A stretch of DNA of 64,000 bases from Turneriella sp. (GCA_965279515.1 CBDIID010000003.1:896001-960000), one strand, 5' to 3'. Positions 47,443 to 58,049 are shown, counted from the first letter of the stretch. Numbers and translations are program-made. The notes: generated by a model not told the origin, from the letters alone.

Positions 47443-48351
47443 TTAAGCTAATTTAGCTTTGAAAAATTCAACCTGTCTCGCGGCAATTTTAGAGAACCAC
47501 GGTTCTTTGAAGGGCTGAATATGCCCCATCGAATATTCTTCGATTTCGACATCACGGATTTTCTTCGCCGTTTCAAGCACCGATTCGACAGGAATTCCCT
47601 CGTCGCGCTTGCCATATTGAATAAGCACGGGACAATTCACTTCTTCAGCCCTGAGTATCGGGCGGTGCAGAGGTAGTTCCAGTGCAATACGGGCCGGCAG
47701 TTTATTCTGCCACAGTGATCCCTTGGGCACGCTTTTCAGGATACCCTCTTTCCAGCCGGGAAAAGTGAGAAAGGCAAAGTCACCGGGATCACCCGCCAGC
47801 TGCATGTTGACGCTGCGCCCGAAGAGTGACGCCACTCCATCGGCGAGCGCCATGAGCGACACAGGGAGAAATCCCACCTTGGGCATGCGCGCCATCACGG
47901 CCCAGGAATCAAAAAGCGGCACGAGGCAACTGACTGCCTTGACCTTGCCGTCTTCCGCGGCGACCATGAGGGCATTGCCGCCCGAAAGCGAAGCGCCCCA
48001 AAGGCCGATGCGGGCAGCATCGACACGCGCATGTGTGCGCAGAAACTTCAGGGCTGCATGATAATCTTCGCGGTGGCGCGAGGGTGAAACCCACTGGGCG
48101 GGTTGCCCAGCCAACGGCTGGCGCACATTGCCCGGGCTGTCGCCGAAATTGCGGTAGTCGAAGTTGAGAACACCGATCCCCGCTTCGGCGAACTTCTGCG
48201 CAAAGTCAGGCAATTTCCAGGTACGTTCTGCCCCGAAACCGTGCGCCATCACAACAAAGGGCTGTTTCTTTGCGGCAGCATCAAAATACAAATCGCCGAC
48301 GCACTCAGAATCTTCGCTCGCGAAACTGACGGTTTCTTTCGAATATGCCAC
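47443..48351 (-). CDS. Alpha/beta hydrolase
   Basis: MAHGF, FDYRNFGDS, GASLSG nucleophile elbow, RDE, GH. Confidence 0.9.
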   Translation of the reverse strand: MAYSKETVSFASEDSECVGDLYFDAAAKKQPFVVMAHGFGAERTWKLPDFAQKFAEAGIGVLNFDYRNFGDSPGNVRQPLAGQPAQWVSPSRHREDYHAALKFLRTHARVDAARIGLWGASLSGGNALMVAAEDGKVKAVSCLVPLFDSWAVMARMPKVGFLPVSLMALADGVASLFGRSVNMQLAGDPGDFAFLTFPGWKEGILKSVPKGSLWQNKLPARIALELPLHRPILRAEEVNCPVLIQYGKRDEGIPVESVLETAKKIRDVEIEEYSMGHIQPFKEPWFSKIAARQVEFFKAKLA

Positions 48352-49176
48352 TTACGCCAGCTTGCCGTCTTGGTAATCTGCAAAAGCCTGCTGTATTTCT
48401 TCTTTAGTATTCATGACAAACGGCCCATAACGCGCCACGGGCTCGCCGATAGGTTCAGCCGCGATGAATAAAAGCCGTGTGTCCTCTTTGCCTGTAATAC
48501 GCACGCCCTCGCCTTCCTCAAAGACCGCGATATCACCTGCCGCAATTTTTTCGCCTTCAATCTCCGCGTTACCGGTGACACCGACAACAAGGGCGTTAAA
48601 GTCAGAAGGAAAGCTGTGTTCAAAAACACCATCGCCCTTGAAGATGATATCGAAGTAGATCACAGGAATATTCGTTTCGGCGGCACCCGGTTTACCCTCG
48701 TATGAGCCGGCGACGAGACGCACTTTGAAGTCGTCGGTCTCGAACTCGGGAATTTTTTCCGGTGGGATATCCTGGTATTTGGGCTCGCTCATCTTGAGGT
48801 TCGCCGGCAGGTTCACCCAAAGCTGATAACCCCATAACATACCGTTTTCCATTTCCGGCATTTCAGAGTGAATGATACCGCGCGCGGCGGTCATCCACTG
48901 CGCTGAACCGGCTGTGAGGAGTCCCTTGTTGCCGCGCGAGTCGCCGTGGCGCATGCGGCCTTCAATCATATAAGAAACCGTTTCGAAGCCGCGGTGCGGG
49001 TGGCTGGGAAAACCCGCAACATATGCTTTCGGGTCGTCGTTCTTAAATTCGTCGAGCAGCAGAAACGGATCTAAAAAGGAGATTTCATTGGTGCCGATGA
49101 AACGTTTGAGTTTAACTCCCGCGCCGTCGGTCGTGTTCTGGCCGGCTAGCTTTGTCGCTACTTTTCTTGCGTTCAT
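48352..49176 (-). CDS. Pirin family protein
   Basis: DPFLLLDEF, FPSHPHRGFETVSY, QWMTAARGIIHSEMP, QLWVNLP, GPFVMN. Confidence 0.96.
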   Translation of the reverse strand: MNARKVATKLAGQNTTDGAGVKLKRFIGTNEISFLDPFLLLDEFKNDDPKAYVAGFPSHPHRGFETVSYMIEGRMRHGDSRGNKGLLTAGSAQWMTAARGIIHSEMPEMENGMLWGYQLWVNLPANLKMSEPKYQDIPPEKIPEFETDDFKVRLVAGSYEGKPGAAETNIPVIYFDIIFKGDGVFEHSFPSDFNALVVGVTGNAEIEGEKIAAGDIAVFEEGEGVRITGKEDTRLLFIAAEPIGEPVARYGPFVMNTKEEIQQAFADYQDGKLA

Positions 49177-49976
49177 GTCGCTACCTCCACTACCTTTTGT
49201 TCCGTATTCTTAATATAGATTTCTTTACCTTTTTGAGTCATCTGTTCGAAGATGTGCATGTTCTTGGTATCGACGCGTGTGCCGATGTCGTAAAATGCAC
49301 CCGACCATTTTGCCTCGCCGATTTTTGCACCGAGAAGTTTCGCAAAACGCAGGTCGGCGTTTTCGAAATTTGTGTCTTCGATTTGGCAGTCGTTGAGGAA
49401 CGCACCGCGTAGGTTCGCCCCGGAAAAGTTGGCACCTGTCAGATTACTCTCGCGCAGAAAGGCATGCATCAGATTGGCACCCGAAAAATCTACGCCCGAA
49501 AGATCGAGTTTGTCGAGCATGACGGAGTTGAGGTTCTGTCCGCGCAGGTGACCGTTAGCTTTGAGGAATTCCAACGTCTTATCGCGGCTGATGACCTGCT
49601 CGCCCGCAAGACCCGTCTGGTTCTGGTAATCTTTCACGGCCTTTTGCAGCGCCTGCACCGCTGTCACGGCATAATTTTTTCTTTTCTCGGGATAACCTTC
49701 AATGGCAGGCTCCAGCTCATCGGGTTGGATTTTTAACGCGTCTTCGAGGCTTTTGTTTTTTGCCAGGTCGCAGATAATCGCGAGCGACGCCAGGGAAAAA
49801 CTACAGCCTGTCGTGGTATAACGCGCGTCACGGATGACATCCCCCTCGACATCGAGGTAGAGACGGTAGCCGTCGCCGCAGCCGATGTTTTTGTACTCAG
49901 ACACGACCGAAGCGTGCTCAAGCTCGCCGTAATTGACACGGCCTTCGACGAGGGCGTTGAATTTTTCGAAGTTCAT
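49173..49976 (-). CDS. IscU/NifU-N-like scaffold domain fused to pentapeptide repeats
   Basis: NIGCGD, TGCSFSLAS; C-terminal (A/D)(N/D)(L/F)xx pentapeptide repeats. Confidence 0.85.
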   Translation of the reverse strand: MNFEKFNALVEGRVNYGELEHASVVSEYKNIGCGDGYRLYLDVEGDVIRDARYTTTGCSFSLASLAIICDLAKNKSLEDALKIQPDELEPAIEGYPEKRKNYAVTAVQALQKAVKDYQNQTGLAGEQVISRDKTLEFLKANGHLRGQNLNSVMLDKLDLSGVDFSGANLMHAFLRESNLTGANFSGANLRGAFLNDCQIEDTNFENADLRFAKLLGAKIGEAKWSGAFYDIGTRVDTKNMHIFEQMTQKGKEIYIKNTEQKVVEVAT

Positions 49977-50078
49977 CGATACTATAATATATAAAGAAGG
50001 AAAGAAAGTCTACAAATGCCGAAAGGGGATCGACCATGATACGGGCCCGAATCTGATGGCAGGTATATCTCCCCCCTT

Positions 50079-51287
50079 TTGGTATGGCGTGTGATAGAAA
50101 ACCGACCTGCGCCAACGAACCATTCGTGGCTTTCGAACCCGCTCGACTGGTGCCAGATCGACCGCATGATCATTCTGGGCGTCATGGTCTTGCTGATACC
50201 GGTGTTCTTCGGCGGAGCCCTGGCAGGGGCGCTCGCGCTGGCTCCGGACTGGCTGCATACGCCCGTGGCGCGCTCACTGCTGGCCCTCTACGCCGTTTAT
50301 ACAATTATTCTCCTCCTATTCCTGAAGCTGGCCTTCTCGCGCAGAAAGACAATCGACCGCTGGCCGTTTTTTGAAAATTTTATTATCAGCTCGTACGTTG
50401 TCGTCGTCTTCACGCAGGCCTGGCTCTCAGGCACCCATTTCACGGGCGGCATGCTGCTGATGATGATCGGCGTCTATATGACCTCGGCGCTGGCGGATAT
50501 CCGCAAGATCGTCAGGGCACACATCGCGGTCGCCATCATTTTCGTTGCGCTTTGCATCGCCGAAGGCAGCGGTTTTTTCCGTTACGCGCCGCTCTTCAAA
50601 AAACCGCCGTTCAACCCCGACGGCTCGTCGGTACCCGCATGGCTCGCCATACAGATCGCGCAAATCACGGCTCTTTTGGTGCTCACGCGCATCGGTATTA
50701 TGGCGACAGAGCGTTGGGTCGAGCGCGAGAATTTATTCCGCGAAATGTCGACGATCGACGGCCTGACGCGGCTCACCAACAGGCGCTCATTCATCGAACG
50801 CAGCGAAACGGAATTTGCCCGGGCAAGCCGTGCGCCCGTCACGGGAATATCCTGCATCATGATCGATATCGATCATTTCAAAAAAATCAACGACACTTTG
50901 GGTCACCCCGCGGGAGACACGGTGCTGATGCACACAGCTTCGCTGCTGCTGAAGGCCAGGCGCCAGTACGACGAGGTGGCACGTTATGGCGGTGAAGAAT
51001 TCGCGATCTTATTGCCCGCGACGTCGATCGACGATGCGGCGAAAATCGCCGAGCGGCTGCGCGACAGCATCGCCAGCCAGACCATGAGCATCGATGGGAA
51101 AAAGACCCAGGTGACAGCGAGCTTCGGCGTCGCGAGTTTTCCGGCGAAGGGTATCCAAAGCATCGGGGACCTGCTCAAGGCTGCCGACGCTGCGCTCTAC
51201 AAAGCCAAACACGCGGGACGCAACCGCGTTGTTGCCACGCGGAAACGCAGCGCGGGCCCGGCAAAAAAGAAATCTAAGGCAAAGTAA
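50079..51287 (+). CDS. Membrane-bound diguanylate cyclase
   Basis: Multiple TM helices; DGLTRLTNRR, DIDHFKKIND..GH..GD, RQYD I-site, RYGGEEF. Confidence 0.93.
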   Translation: MVWRVIENRPAPTNHSWLSNPLDWCQIDRMIILGVMVLLIPVFFGGALAGALALAPDWLHTPVARSLLALYAVYTIILLLFLKLAFSRRKTIDRWPFFENFIISSYVVVVFTQAWLSGTHFTGGMLLMMIGVYMTSALADIRKIVRAHIAVAIIFVALCIAEGSGFFRYAPLFKKPPFNPDGSSVPAWLAIQIAQITALLVLTRIGIMATERWVERENLFREMSTIDGLTRLTNRRSFIERSETEFARASRAPVTGISCIMIDIDHFKKINDTLGHPAGDTVLMHTASLLLKARRQYDEVARYGGEEFAILLPATSIDDAAKIAERLRDSIASQTMSIDGKKTQVTASFGVASFPAKGIQSIGDLLKAADAALYKAKHAGRNRVVATRKRSAGPAKKKSKAK

Positions 51288-51307
51288 TCCGAACCGAAAA
51301 CATCCCG

Positions 51308-52024
51308 GTGCGTCTAAAGAAGATGAGATGGGCCGCCCTTGCAGTAGGATGCACTTCATTGATTGCGGCTAAAGAGTCGGATTTCCTCATGGAGAACGAC
51401 GGTTTTGCAGTGATACATACATTTACCCTCACCGGCGGAAAAATCTGCCGCAAGCTCGACCGCTATGCCTCCCCCGACCCCGTCGCTTGGAATATTCGCA
51501 GCGAATGGAATTCCATCCATTTGGGCCCCGCAGACGACACCGGTAAAAACCCATCCGTGACGACCGGGCTCAGCGGCGGTTGCCAGCGCGGCATCTCGCA
51601 GAGCACGCTCGTCGGCCCGCTTAAAAAAGGCAAATGGAAGATTCACAGCACGTCTTCCGTTTCCATCGGGAAAACTGTAGCATTTTCGGAACGGCGTGAA
51701 ATCCGTGAAGAAAAGAAGCAGTGGATCTTTAATGTGGAGAAGCCCGCCATCGCGTCCGTGCTGGTCTATTATTTCAGCAACACCACAGGCCAATGCCGTG
51801 AATTCGTTCCGCTGATTATGCGCGTTGAAGCCGGAAAAGATGCGCAGGCAGAGAATACCGTCCACGTCTCGCCCGGAGTACTTCGCTCTATCGACATTAG
51901 CCGCAGCGAACGTTGCCGGGCCATGCCGCAGACAATTGCAGAGGGCACGCTGGAAATCATGCCCGGAAAATACCGGGTCTCAGGCAATGATATAAAACGC
52001 GTCAGTCTCTATCTGCAACAATAA
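51308..52024 (+). CDS. Hypothetical exported protein
   Basis: 238-aa ORF with signal-like N-terminus filling the gap. Confidence 0.65.
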   Translation: MRLKKMRWAALAVGCTSLIAAKESDFLMENDGFAVIHTFTLTGGKICRKLDRYASPDPVAWNIRSEWNSIHLGPADDTGKNPSVTTGLSGGCQRGISQSTLVGPLKKGKWKIHSTSSVSIGKTVAFSERREIREEKKQWIFNVEKPAIASVLVYYFSNTTGQCREFVPLIMRVEAGKDAQAENTVHVSPGVLRSIDISRSERCRAMPQTIAEGTLEIMPGKYRVSGNDIKRVSLYLQQ

Positions 52025-52032
52025 CACGACCA

Positions 52033-53541
52033 TCACGCAAAGATGCCGCGCAGTAAGCCGCGAACCAGGCGGTATGCCAGGTAGACAAAAGCTACCGCGG
52101 CGAGAAGAAAAGCTGCACCCTGTACCGGCGCGCTTTGATACACGGGAATTCTGCGCGCGGTGAGATCGAGCATATAAACTGTATTGCCATCGAAAAAAGC
52201 CTCTATGCCTGCGATTCGCGAACCGGTGAACCGAAAAAGGCCGGGGCCTACGGGCACAAGCTCACCGCTGCGTAACAGACGGGAGCTATACCGAAGCGTT
52301 CCGTTCTGGGGCTCGATATGCAAATCTACAAAATAACGAAAGAACCAGAAATGCGGATCGATCACATCGTAAAACCGGTACGTACCGGCGAAACGCCTGA
52401 GTTCCTCCGGGGTGGGCTTATATGCCGTTGCCGCGGGCGGCGGGACGAGAAGATCGAAAATTGCATTCGCCGCTTCAGACGAGGCGGCATTATCGCTCTG
52501 GTTCGAGAGCAGAACGACACCGCTCTGCGATGCGGGATGCAGAATAAGCCGGTTGGCAACTCCGGCCAGACCGCCATCCCACCAGACAATCTTGCGGCCC
52601 GGATTCTCATTGACGCCGAACCCCAGGCCAAAACCGATCTTCGAGTCGGGGTAAGGCCGTGCCTGAATTGTGAATAGCTCCGCAACACCCGCCTGTGTCA
52701 GAATCTGTGCGCCATCGAGCGTGCCGCCCCTGAGCAGCATCAGCGCGAAACGTGCGAACTCGGGCGCCGTCGTTACAAGCCCGCCGGCAGGTAACGCAGC
52801 GGTGACATCGTTGTGAGCAGACAACTCACCGGGCGCCATGAGGCTACCGTAGGCGCGCGATAATTTTGCGGACGTCATCGTCCAGGGCGCCGCAAAGGTG
52901 GAAGTCTCCATTCTCAGGGGCCTCAGAATGACCTTCGCTGCATGTTCGGCAAAACTTTCGCGCTCGGCTTTTGCGGCGATATAACCGGCGAGTGAAAAAG
53001 CGTCATTCGCGTAGATAATTCTTTCACCCGGCGCATAAACGGCCTTCAGGTTCTGCGAGAGATAACTTTCGAGGCTCTGCAGGGCATCGCCCTCAGAGGC
53101 AATCGGCTTCCATGAAACCGGCAGGCCCGAACTATGCGAAAGCAGTTGCATGAGCGTCGCCGCCGAGGGCTTGCCGTCGCTGCCAACAATTTGCATTGCG
53201 CGGGGAAGATATTCGTTCGCGGGCCGGTCGATCTGTAGCCGCCGTTGCTCCGCCTGCCGCACGACAAGAGCCGCCGTCAGCAGTTTAGTGAGCGATGCCG
53301 CTGGAATTAATGTATCCGGCTCTATCGGCTTTTTATTTTCGCGGTCGGCATAACCGGAAACAAAAGTGCCGGCGATAATCCCGTTGCGGATGACCGTAAC
53401 AACCATTCCGGGAGTTCCGTATTGTTGGCGTTTTGCATTGAGTATTTCGACAACTTTATCTTCAAATCTTTCCGGCGCTTCAGCGGCGGCAATAACGCTG
53501 CCCGCCAAAAAAAACATGCATAGTGTCCTGATCTTTTTCAT
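52033..53541 (-). CDS. Serine hydrolase (beta-lactamase/class C-like family) with C-terminal TM anchor
   Basis: ASLTK (SxxK), LLSHSSG, YAN (YxN), PAGGL. Confidence 0.88.
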   Translation of the reverse strand: MKKIRTLCMFFLAGSVIAAAEAPERFEDKVVEILNAKRQQYGTPGMVVTVIRNGIIAGTFVSGYADRENKKPIEPDTLIPAASLTKLLTAALVVRQAEQRRLQIDRPANEYLPRAMQIVGSDGKPSAATLMQLLSHSSGLPVSWKPIASEGDALQSLESYLSQNLKAVYAPGERIIYANDAFSLAGYIAAKAERESFAEHAAKVILRPLRMETSTFAAPWTMTSAKLSRAYGSLMAPGELSAHNDVTAALPAGGLVTTAPEFARFALMLLRGGTLDGAQILTQAGVAELFTIQARPYPDSKIGFGLGFGVNENPGRKIVWWDGGLAGVANRLILHPASQSGVVLLSNQSDNAASSEAANAIFDLLVPPPAATAYKPTPEELRRFAGTYRFYDVIDPHFWFFRYFVDLHIEPQNGTLRYSSRLLRSGELVPVGPGLFRFTGSRIAGIEAFFDGNTVYMLDLTARRIPVYQSAPVQGAAFLLAAVAFVYLAYRLVRGLLRGIFA

Positions 53542-53555
53542 ATTTTTCCTGTGTT

Positions 53556-54809
53556 TTAAAGTACTGTGAACATCTCGACGGTTCCGCGGTTTTTAATACT
53601 GATCTCACCCCTCGCCTCGCAGCGGAACTCGTTTTTGACGAGGTCAAACGTCGTGCGTGAAATATTCACTTGTCCTGCAAGCGCGGCGCTTTCCATGCGG
53701 GAAGCCACATTCACGGTATCACCCCAGATATCGTAGGCAAATTTTTTCTGACCGACAATACCCGCGACCACGGGTCCGGAATGCACGCCGATGCGGATAT
53801 CCCAACTGGGTTCTCCCGCTTTCATCTTCTCTGCCCGATACATCGCCATAAAGTCACGCATCTCTATCGCGGCCCTGATACAGCGGATAGCATGCGCCGG
53901 GTTGGGCTCGGGCAGGCCCGCACAGGCCATGAATGCGTCGCCGACGGTTTTCAGCCTTTCGAGGTCGTATTTGTCGCAGATGCGGTCAAATTCAGAAAAA
54001 CAAAAATCGAGTTCTTGCAACAGCTTCACGGGGGTCATCTTTTCTGCGATCGCCGTAAAGCCGATAAAGTCGGTAAAGAGGACGCTGGCATGCGCATACT
54101 CGCGCGCCTCGGCCTTACCCTTCTCCTTGAGTTCGTTCGCCACGGCCTCGGGCAGAATATTCAGCAGCAGCTGATCTGCCTTGTCCCGTTCCCGGATATA
54201 GCTGCGTTCAGCCTGAATGCCCTGCGACGTGGTAATAATAAAAAAGATGACAACGACAGCAAAAACCGTAAACGCGGAGATATAATAGAAGGCGATGCGC
54301 ACCGGCTCGTAATCAATCGGGTAAAGCGGCGGGTAGTAGAGGTATAATGTGCGGATCGCCAGCAGATTCAGCAGGCTAAACAGGATTGCCGCGACCACAA
54401 AGCGCCGCTTGCGCCAGAAGCCGACGCAGCCAATACCGGCGATCACCAGCGTAAAATATTCAAAGCCGAAAAACGGCCCGTAAAAGATACATACCGAGGT
54501 TGTCCAAAAATGGTAAGTCAAGCCTGAGAAAAAATAAACATTCTCAAAATCACCAAACCAATGCTGGAGAAAGAATGCAATCGTCGTCAGGAAACCGACC
54601 CCCAACGCAATGTAGATACCGTAGATATGGTTCCAGTATTTTGGGGCGTCGTGATGGATCAGCATCAACCATGCGACAGCAAAAGCACTGACGACCAGTA
54701 TTAAGATTATCAGGCCAATCAGCAGCGACTGGTTGACCAGCATGTGGAACTTGCGCACATCGTGGCTCGCGCCCATGTCGACTTTATACTCGGTTAATTT
54801 CTTCCACAT
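53556..54809 (-). CDS. Membrane class III adenylate/guanylate cyclase
   Basis: LLLNILP, FTDFIGFT, KTVGDAFM, RIGVHSGPVVAG, YDIWGDTVNVASRME. Confidence 0.94.
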   Translation of the reverse strand: MWKKLTEYKVDMGASHDVRKFHMLVNQSLLIGLIILILVVSAFAVAWLMLIHHDAPKYWNHIYGIYIALGVGFLTTIAFFLQHWFGDFENVYFFSGLTYHFWTTSVCIFYGPFFGFEYFTLVIAGIGCVGFWRKRRFVVAAILFSLLNLLAIRTLYLYYPPLYPIDYEPVRIAFYYISAFTVFAVVVIFFIITTSQGIQAERSYIRERDKADQLLLNILPEAVANELKEKGKAEAREYAHASVLFTDFIGFTAIAEKMTPVKLLQELDFCFSEFDRICDKYDLERLKTVGDAFMACAGLPEPNPAHAIRCIRAAIEMRDFMAMYRAEKMKAGEPSWDIRIGVHSGPVVAGIVGQKKFAYDIWGDTVNVASRMESAALAGQVNISRTTFDLVKNEFRCEARGEISIKNRGTVEMFTVL

Positions 54810-54862
54810 GGATAGTGCCAACTGAAAAAGAATCCGTCTCTCTGCAACAAGTTAACCCAAGG

Positions 54863-55867
54863 TCAGAATTCGATGTTGGGCCTGAACAGCACCTGGTAAT
54901 GCTGGCCGCCCGGATAATTATCCAGCGGGCCCGAATACAAACTTTCGGACTCCCAGGTAAACCCGAGCGCGAGCGTAAAAGCCGTGCCTTTGCGAAAAGG
55001 CCATTTTTTGTTCACTTCAAAATATGAGCGCACCGGTTTCAGGTTCGAGATTTTAAAATCGAGGCGGAATTCAAAACCGCTGTTCGCCAAAAAGTCCCAC
55101 GCGTCGGCGGTATAATCCAGCCGGTTGCGTTTGATGCCGATGAAAGCGACATCGGAGATATTGGAATTATCGTGCAACTTGACGCCGATTTTGTAATCCC
55201 ACTGCAGCTTTTGCAAGGTAAAGAGCTGATCGCCCTTCACCTTCCATTCCAGTTCGAACCAGTTATCCTGGAAGAGTTCGTTGTCTTTGATATGGTGTGA
55301 GCCATAACTGATGAGATACCCTGTGTAGCCGATCGAACTCTGGTAACCCGACTGTTTGTTCTTCTCGCGCTCTTCGGCATTGCGCGCGATCGGCCGGTAG
55401 CGCGCCACATTTCCAAGAAACAGGGAAACCGCGTACGGTTCCTGGAAACCCCGCGTCGCGGCGCGGATCAGGTTAAAACTTTCACCACCCACCTGTGCGC
55501 GCTGGTAGAGCTCATTGGCTTCCTGGCGGATCAGTACACCTGCCACGGGCATCGGATTTACGCTTGTTTCGAGGATCGCAAAGCTCGGCAATTTAAAGGG
55601 CGAGACCAGCAGGTGTTTATAAATCTTCAGCTCACTCTCCTCGCCGAGATTTTCCATGGGCTTATCGGTGAAGTTAAAAATCACGCCGCCATAGCTATAG
55701 TAGGCATCCACCCCATAGTCGAGTTCAAAACGTTTATGCCGCGGCTCTTCGGGTATGATCGGGTTGCCGTGCTCCATATAGACTGCAATGGGATCGACGG
55801 CGTCACCGGCGCGAAGCGCAGAGACGCATAAAAACACCGGGATCAGACAAAGCCAGACCCGTGGCAT
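54863..55867 (-). CDS. Hypothetical exported / outer-membrane beta-rich protein
   Basis: Signal peptide, alternating aromatic strands, C-terminal Phe. Confidence 0.7.
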   Translation of the reverse strand: MPRVWLCLIPVFLCVSALRAGDAVDPIAVYMEHGNPIIPEEPRHKRFELDYGVDAYYSYGGVIFNFTDKPMENLGEESELKIYKHLLVSPFKLPSFAILETSVNPMPVAGVLIRQEANELYQRAQVGGESFNLIRAATRGFQEPYAVSLFLGNVARYRPIARNAEEREKNKQSGYQSSIGYTGYLISYGSHHIKDNELFQDNWFELEWKVKGDQLFTLQKLQWDYKIGVKLHDNSNISDVAFIGIKRNRLDYTADAWDFLANSGFEFRLDFKISNLKPVRSYFEVNKKWPFRKGTAFTLALGFTWESESLYSGPLDNYPGGQHYQVLFRPNIEF

Positions 55868-55870
55868 AGG

Positions 55871-56278
55871 TCAGTAAAGAGCTGTGTGCTCGGCGATTTT
55901 TTTTAAGAGACCTGCCTGATCGATGGGCTTGCCGATAACCTCGTGCGCGCCGGCCTTCGAGGCCTTTTGGTGCAGGTCGCTCGTATAGCGGCCCGCGGTG
56001 ACGAAAATGATACAGCGGTAGTCGGTATCCTTTTCTTCTTCGTAGCTGCGGATGCTTTTGATGAGTTCAAGCCAGCTTTTCGCGGGAAGGTTAGAGTCAA
56101 CCAGCACTATGCCGGGAGAGAAATCACTGAAAGCGGCCACAGCTTCGTCAATATCAGAAGCGCGGCGCACGGTATAACCGTTCAGTTCAAGGAAAGAGGA
56201 AAGCGACAAGGCGTCTGCTTCATCGACGTCGGCCAACAGAATTTTATCGCCGTTTGGGAAATGCGAAGAAACCGGCAT
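55871..56278 (-). CDS. Stand-alone response regulator receiver domain
   Basis: KILLAD, LVDSNLP (phospho-Asp), FVTA, GKP. Confidence 0.85.
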   Translation of the reverse strand: MPVSSHFPNGDKILLADVDEADALSLSSFLELNGYTVRRASDIDEAVAAFSDFSPGIVLVDSNLPAKSWLELIKSIRSYEEEKDTDYRCIIFVTAGRYTSDLHQKASKAGAHEVIGKPIDQAGLLKKIAEHTALY

Positions 56279-56394
56279 TTAGGCGACACTTTGAGCGCGA
56301 AAGAGGCGGTCGATAACAATCACTACCGATAGAGGGTTGATCCCGTTCAAGATTGGCTTTACGAAAAGTCGATAATGCCACAGGTACTAGTATC

Positions 56395-57975
56395 ATGACC
56401 CGCCGCGCCCGGACCCATGTTTTAGCAATAATCGCGGTATTCAGCGTGGCCCGCTTCCAGTGTGAATTCAAATTCTCCGCCGGAGAGAGTCTGCCCTGGC
56501 AAGAAAGGCTGCTGCGCATGGCGGATTTGCTGCTGATGGAACCGGGCTATGCCCAGGCGCGCACCCTCGCCGCTGAGTGGTCTGCATACACGCAAAAATT
56601 TACCACGGACGAGAAGCGCGCCGCTGAACTCGAAGCTTTGGCCAATGAGCCGGCAATACTCGGCCTTATCCGTGATCCCAGGGGCCCGCTGGCACCGGCC
56701 TTTGAAACGGAAACCGCGGAAATCCTCAATACCTTCGGCAACGGCGCGCTCAAGGCATGGCGCCTGCGCACCCTCGACGACAAGACTCTGTTCGCGCGCG
56801 ATGCCAAGCGCCTTGCGGGGCTCGACACCACAACGGCACGGCGCGAGATCGGGCCGCGTTTTTTTACGATACCGATCAGCGGCACGGGTTTTAATGTCAG
56901 CCTCGACGCCGAGTGGGATGTCACCCGGCTCTCAGACTTTCCGCTAAGCCAGATCAATTCCGAATATCTGTTTCTGACGACCGACCACGAAATGAATATT
57001 CTCGCGATCGGTAATCCCCGCTCTATACCCGACTCGGGTTTCCGTTTTATCTCCGGCAACAAATTCATCTCTGAACCATACGGCATTAAACACGGCCTGA
57101 GAATTGTGACAACCGAAGCGAAGGATTTTCGCCTCGTGATCTGTTATCCGTTTGCCGGTTATATTTTCTATGCGGTCCGCGGCGGCCTGGCCCTGCTTCT
57201 CATCATCACTCTTATAATAGCACTCGTTAAGATCGGCTCGCTGCGCTCGGCAGCCACGCATGTCATGGAAAACCGCTCCGGCGAATGGTTGCAGCAGCAT
57301 TATGAACAGAGCCTCGGCATCAACGAACAGGCGCTGAATATCGGTGAAAAGGCGCTGGGTGTCGTTTCATCGCTCAAGGAGCGGGAAGCAAAAGTGATCG
57401 GTGAACTCGGCCGCCATATTGAAGAGCTCAGCGACAACTTCACGGCGCAGACCCGCCTTGTTCTCGAGGAAGCCAGCAAAACCCAGGTACAGTCACCGGC
57501 GCCCGTTTCTAAAGGCGAACCTTCGCGCGAAGTGCGCCGGCCGTTGCACAAAAAATCCGTGCACAAAGCGCCGCTGCTCATCGAGCACGATAAGGCTCCG
57601 GAGATCCGGGTCACCATAGAACTCGATCTGCCGCTCGAGGATGAAAAACAGCTGAAGCCCGAAGAAAAAATCGCCTACATCGGTTCACTGCGGCGCCGCG
57701 CACAGGAAAAGACAGGTCAGAAAGATTTTATCCACGATGAAAAAATCGACAACTACGACTATATTGCGCCGGAGCCGATGGCCATACCCGAGCCAGGCTA
57801 CGCAGCGGCAGGCGCAGGCACGCCCGACACCGCTGATCTTGAATATGTCCAGAAATTCCAATATGCCGGCAAGACCCGTGTCTTGCCGATGGCTGCCGTC
57901 GAAAAGAGCGCGGCGACGCTGCGCATGCGCGAAGACCTGCACCGCGAGACCCTGATCGTTACCGAAGAAGAGTGA
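56395..57975 (+). CDS. Hypothetical membrane protein
   Basis: Long ORF, two TM segments, coiled-coil cytoplasmic region; ATG 56395. Confidence 0.7.
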   Translation: MTRRARTHVLAIIAVFSVARFQCEFKFSAGESLPWQERLLRMADLLLMEPGYAQARTLAAEWSAYTQKFTTDEKRAAELEALANEPAILGLIRDPRGPLAPAFETETAEILNTFGNGALKAWRLRTLDDKTLFARDAKRLAGLDTTTARREIGPRFFTIPISGTGFNVSLDAEWDVTRLSDFPLSQINSEYLFLTTDHEMNILAIGNPRSIPDSGFRFISGNKFISEPYGIKHGLRIVTTEAKDFRLVICYPFAGYIFYAVRGGLALLLIITLIIALVKIGSLRSAATHVMENRSGEWLQQHYEQSLGINEQALNIGEKALGVVSSLKEREAKVIGELGRHIEELSDNFTAQTRLVLEEASKTQVQSPAPVSKGEPSREVRRPLHKKSVHKAPLLIEHDKAPEIRVTIELDLPLEDEKQLKPEEKIAYIGSLRRRAQEKTGQKDFIHDEKIDNYDYIAPEPMAIPEPGYAAAGAGTPDTADLEYVQKFQYAGKTRVLPMAAVEKSAATLRMREDLHRETLIVTEEE

Positions 57976-58049
57976 GCCGCCAGCCAGCTTTTTCGCGCCG
58001 CATCAATTCACCTTGACACGCTGACAAAAAAGCGATTACCCACCCCACT

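Noticed and set aside
53556..54809. Cyclase as Pycsar/CBASS
   Set aside because: It is an ordinary membrane class III cyclase with no adjacent cyclic-nucleotide-binding effector.
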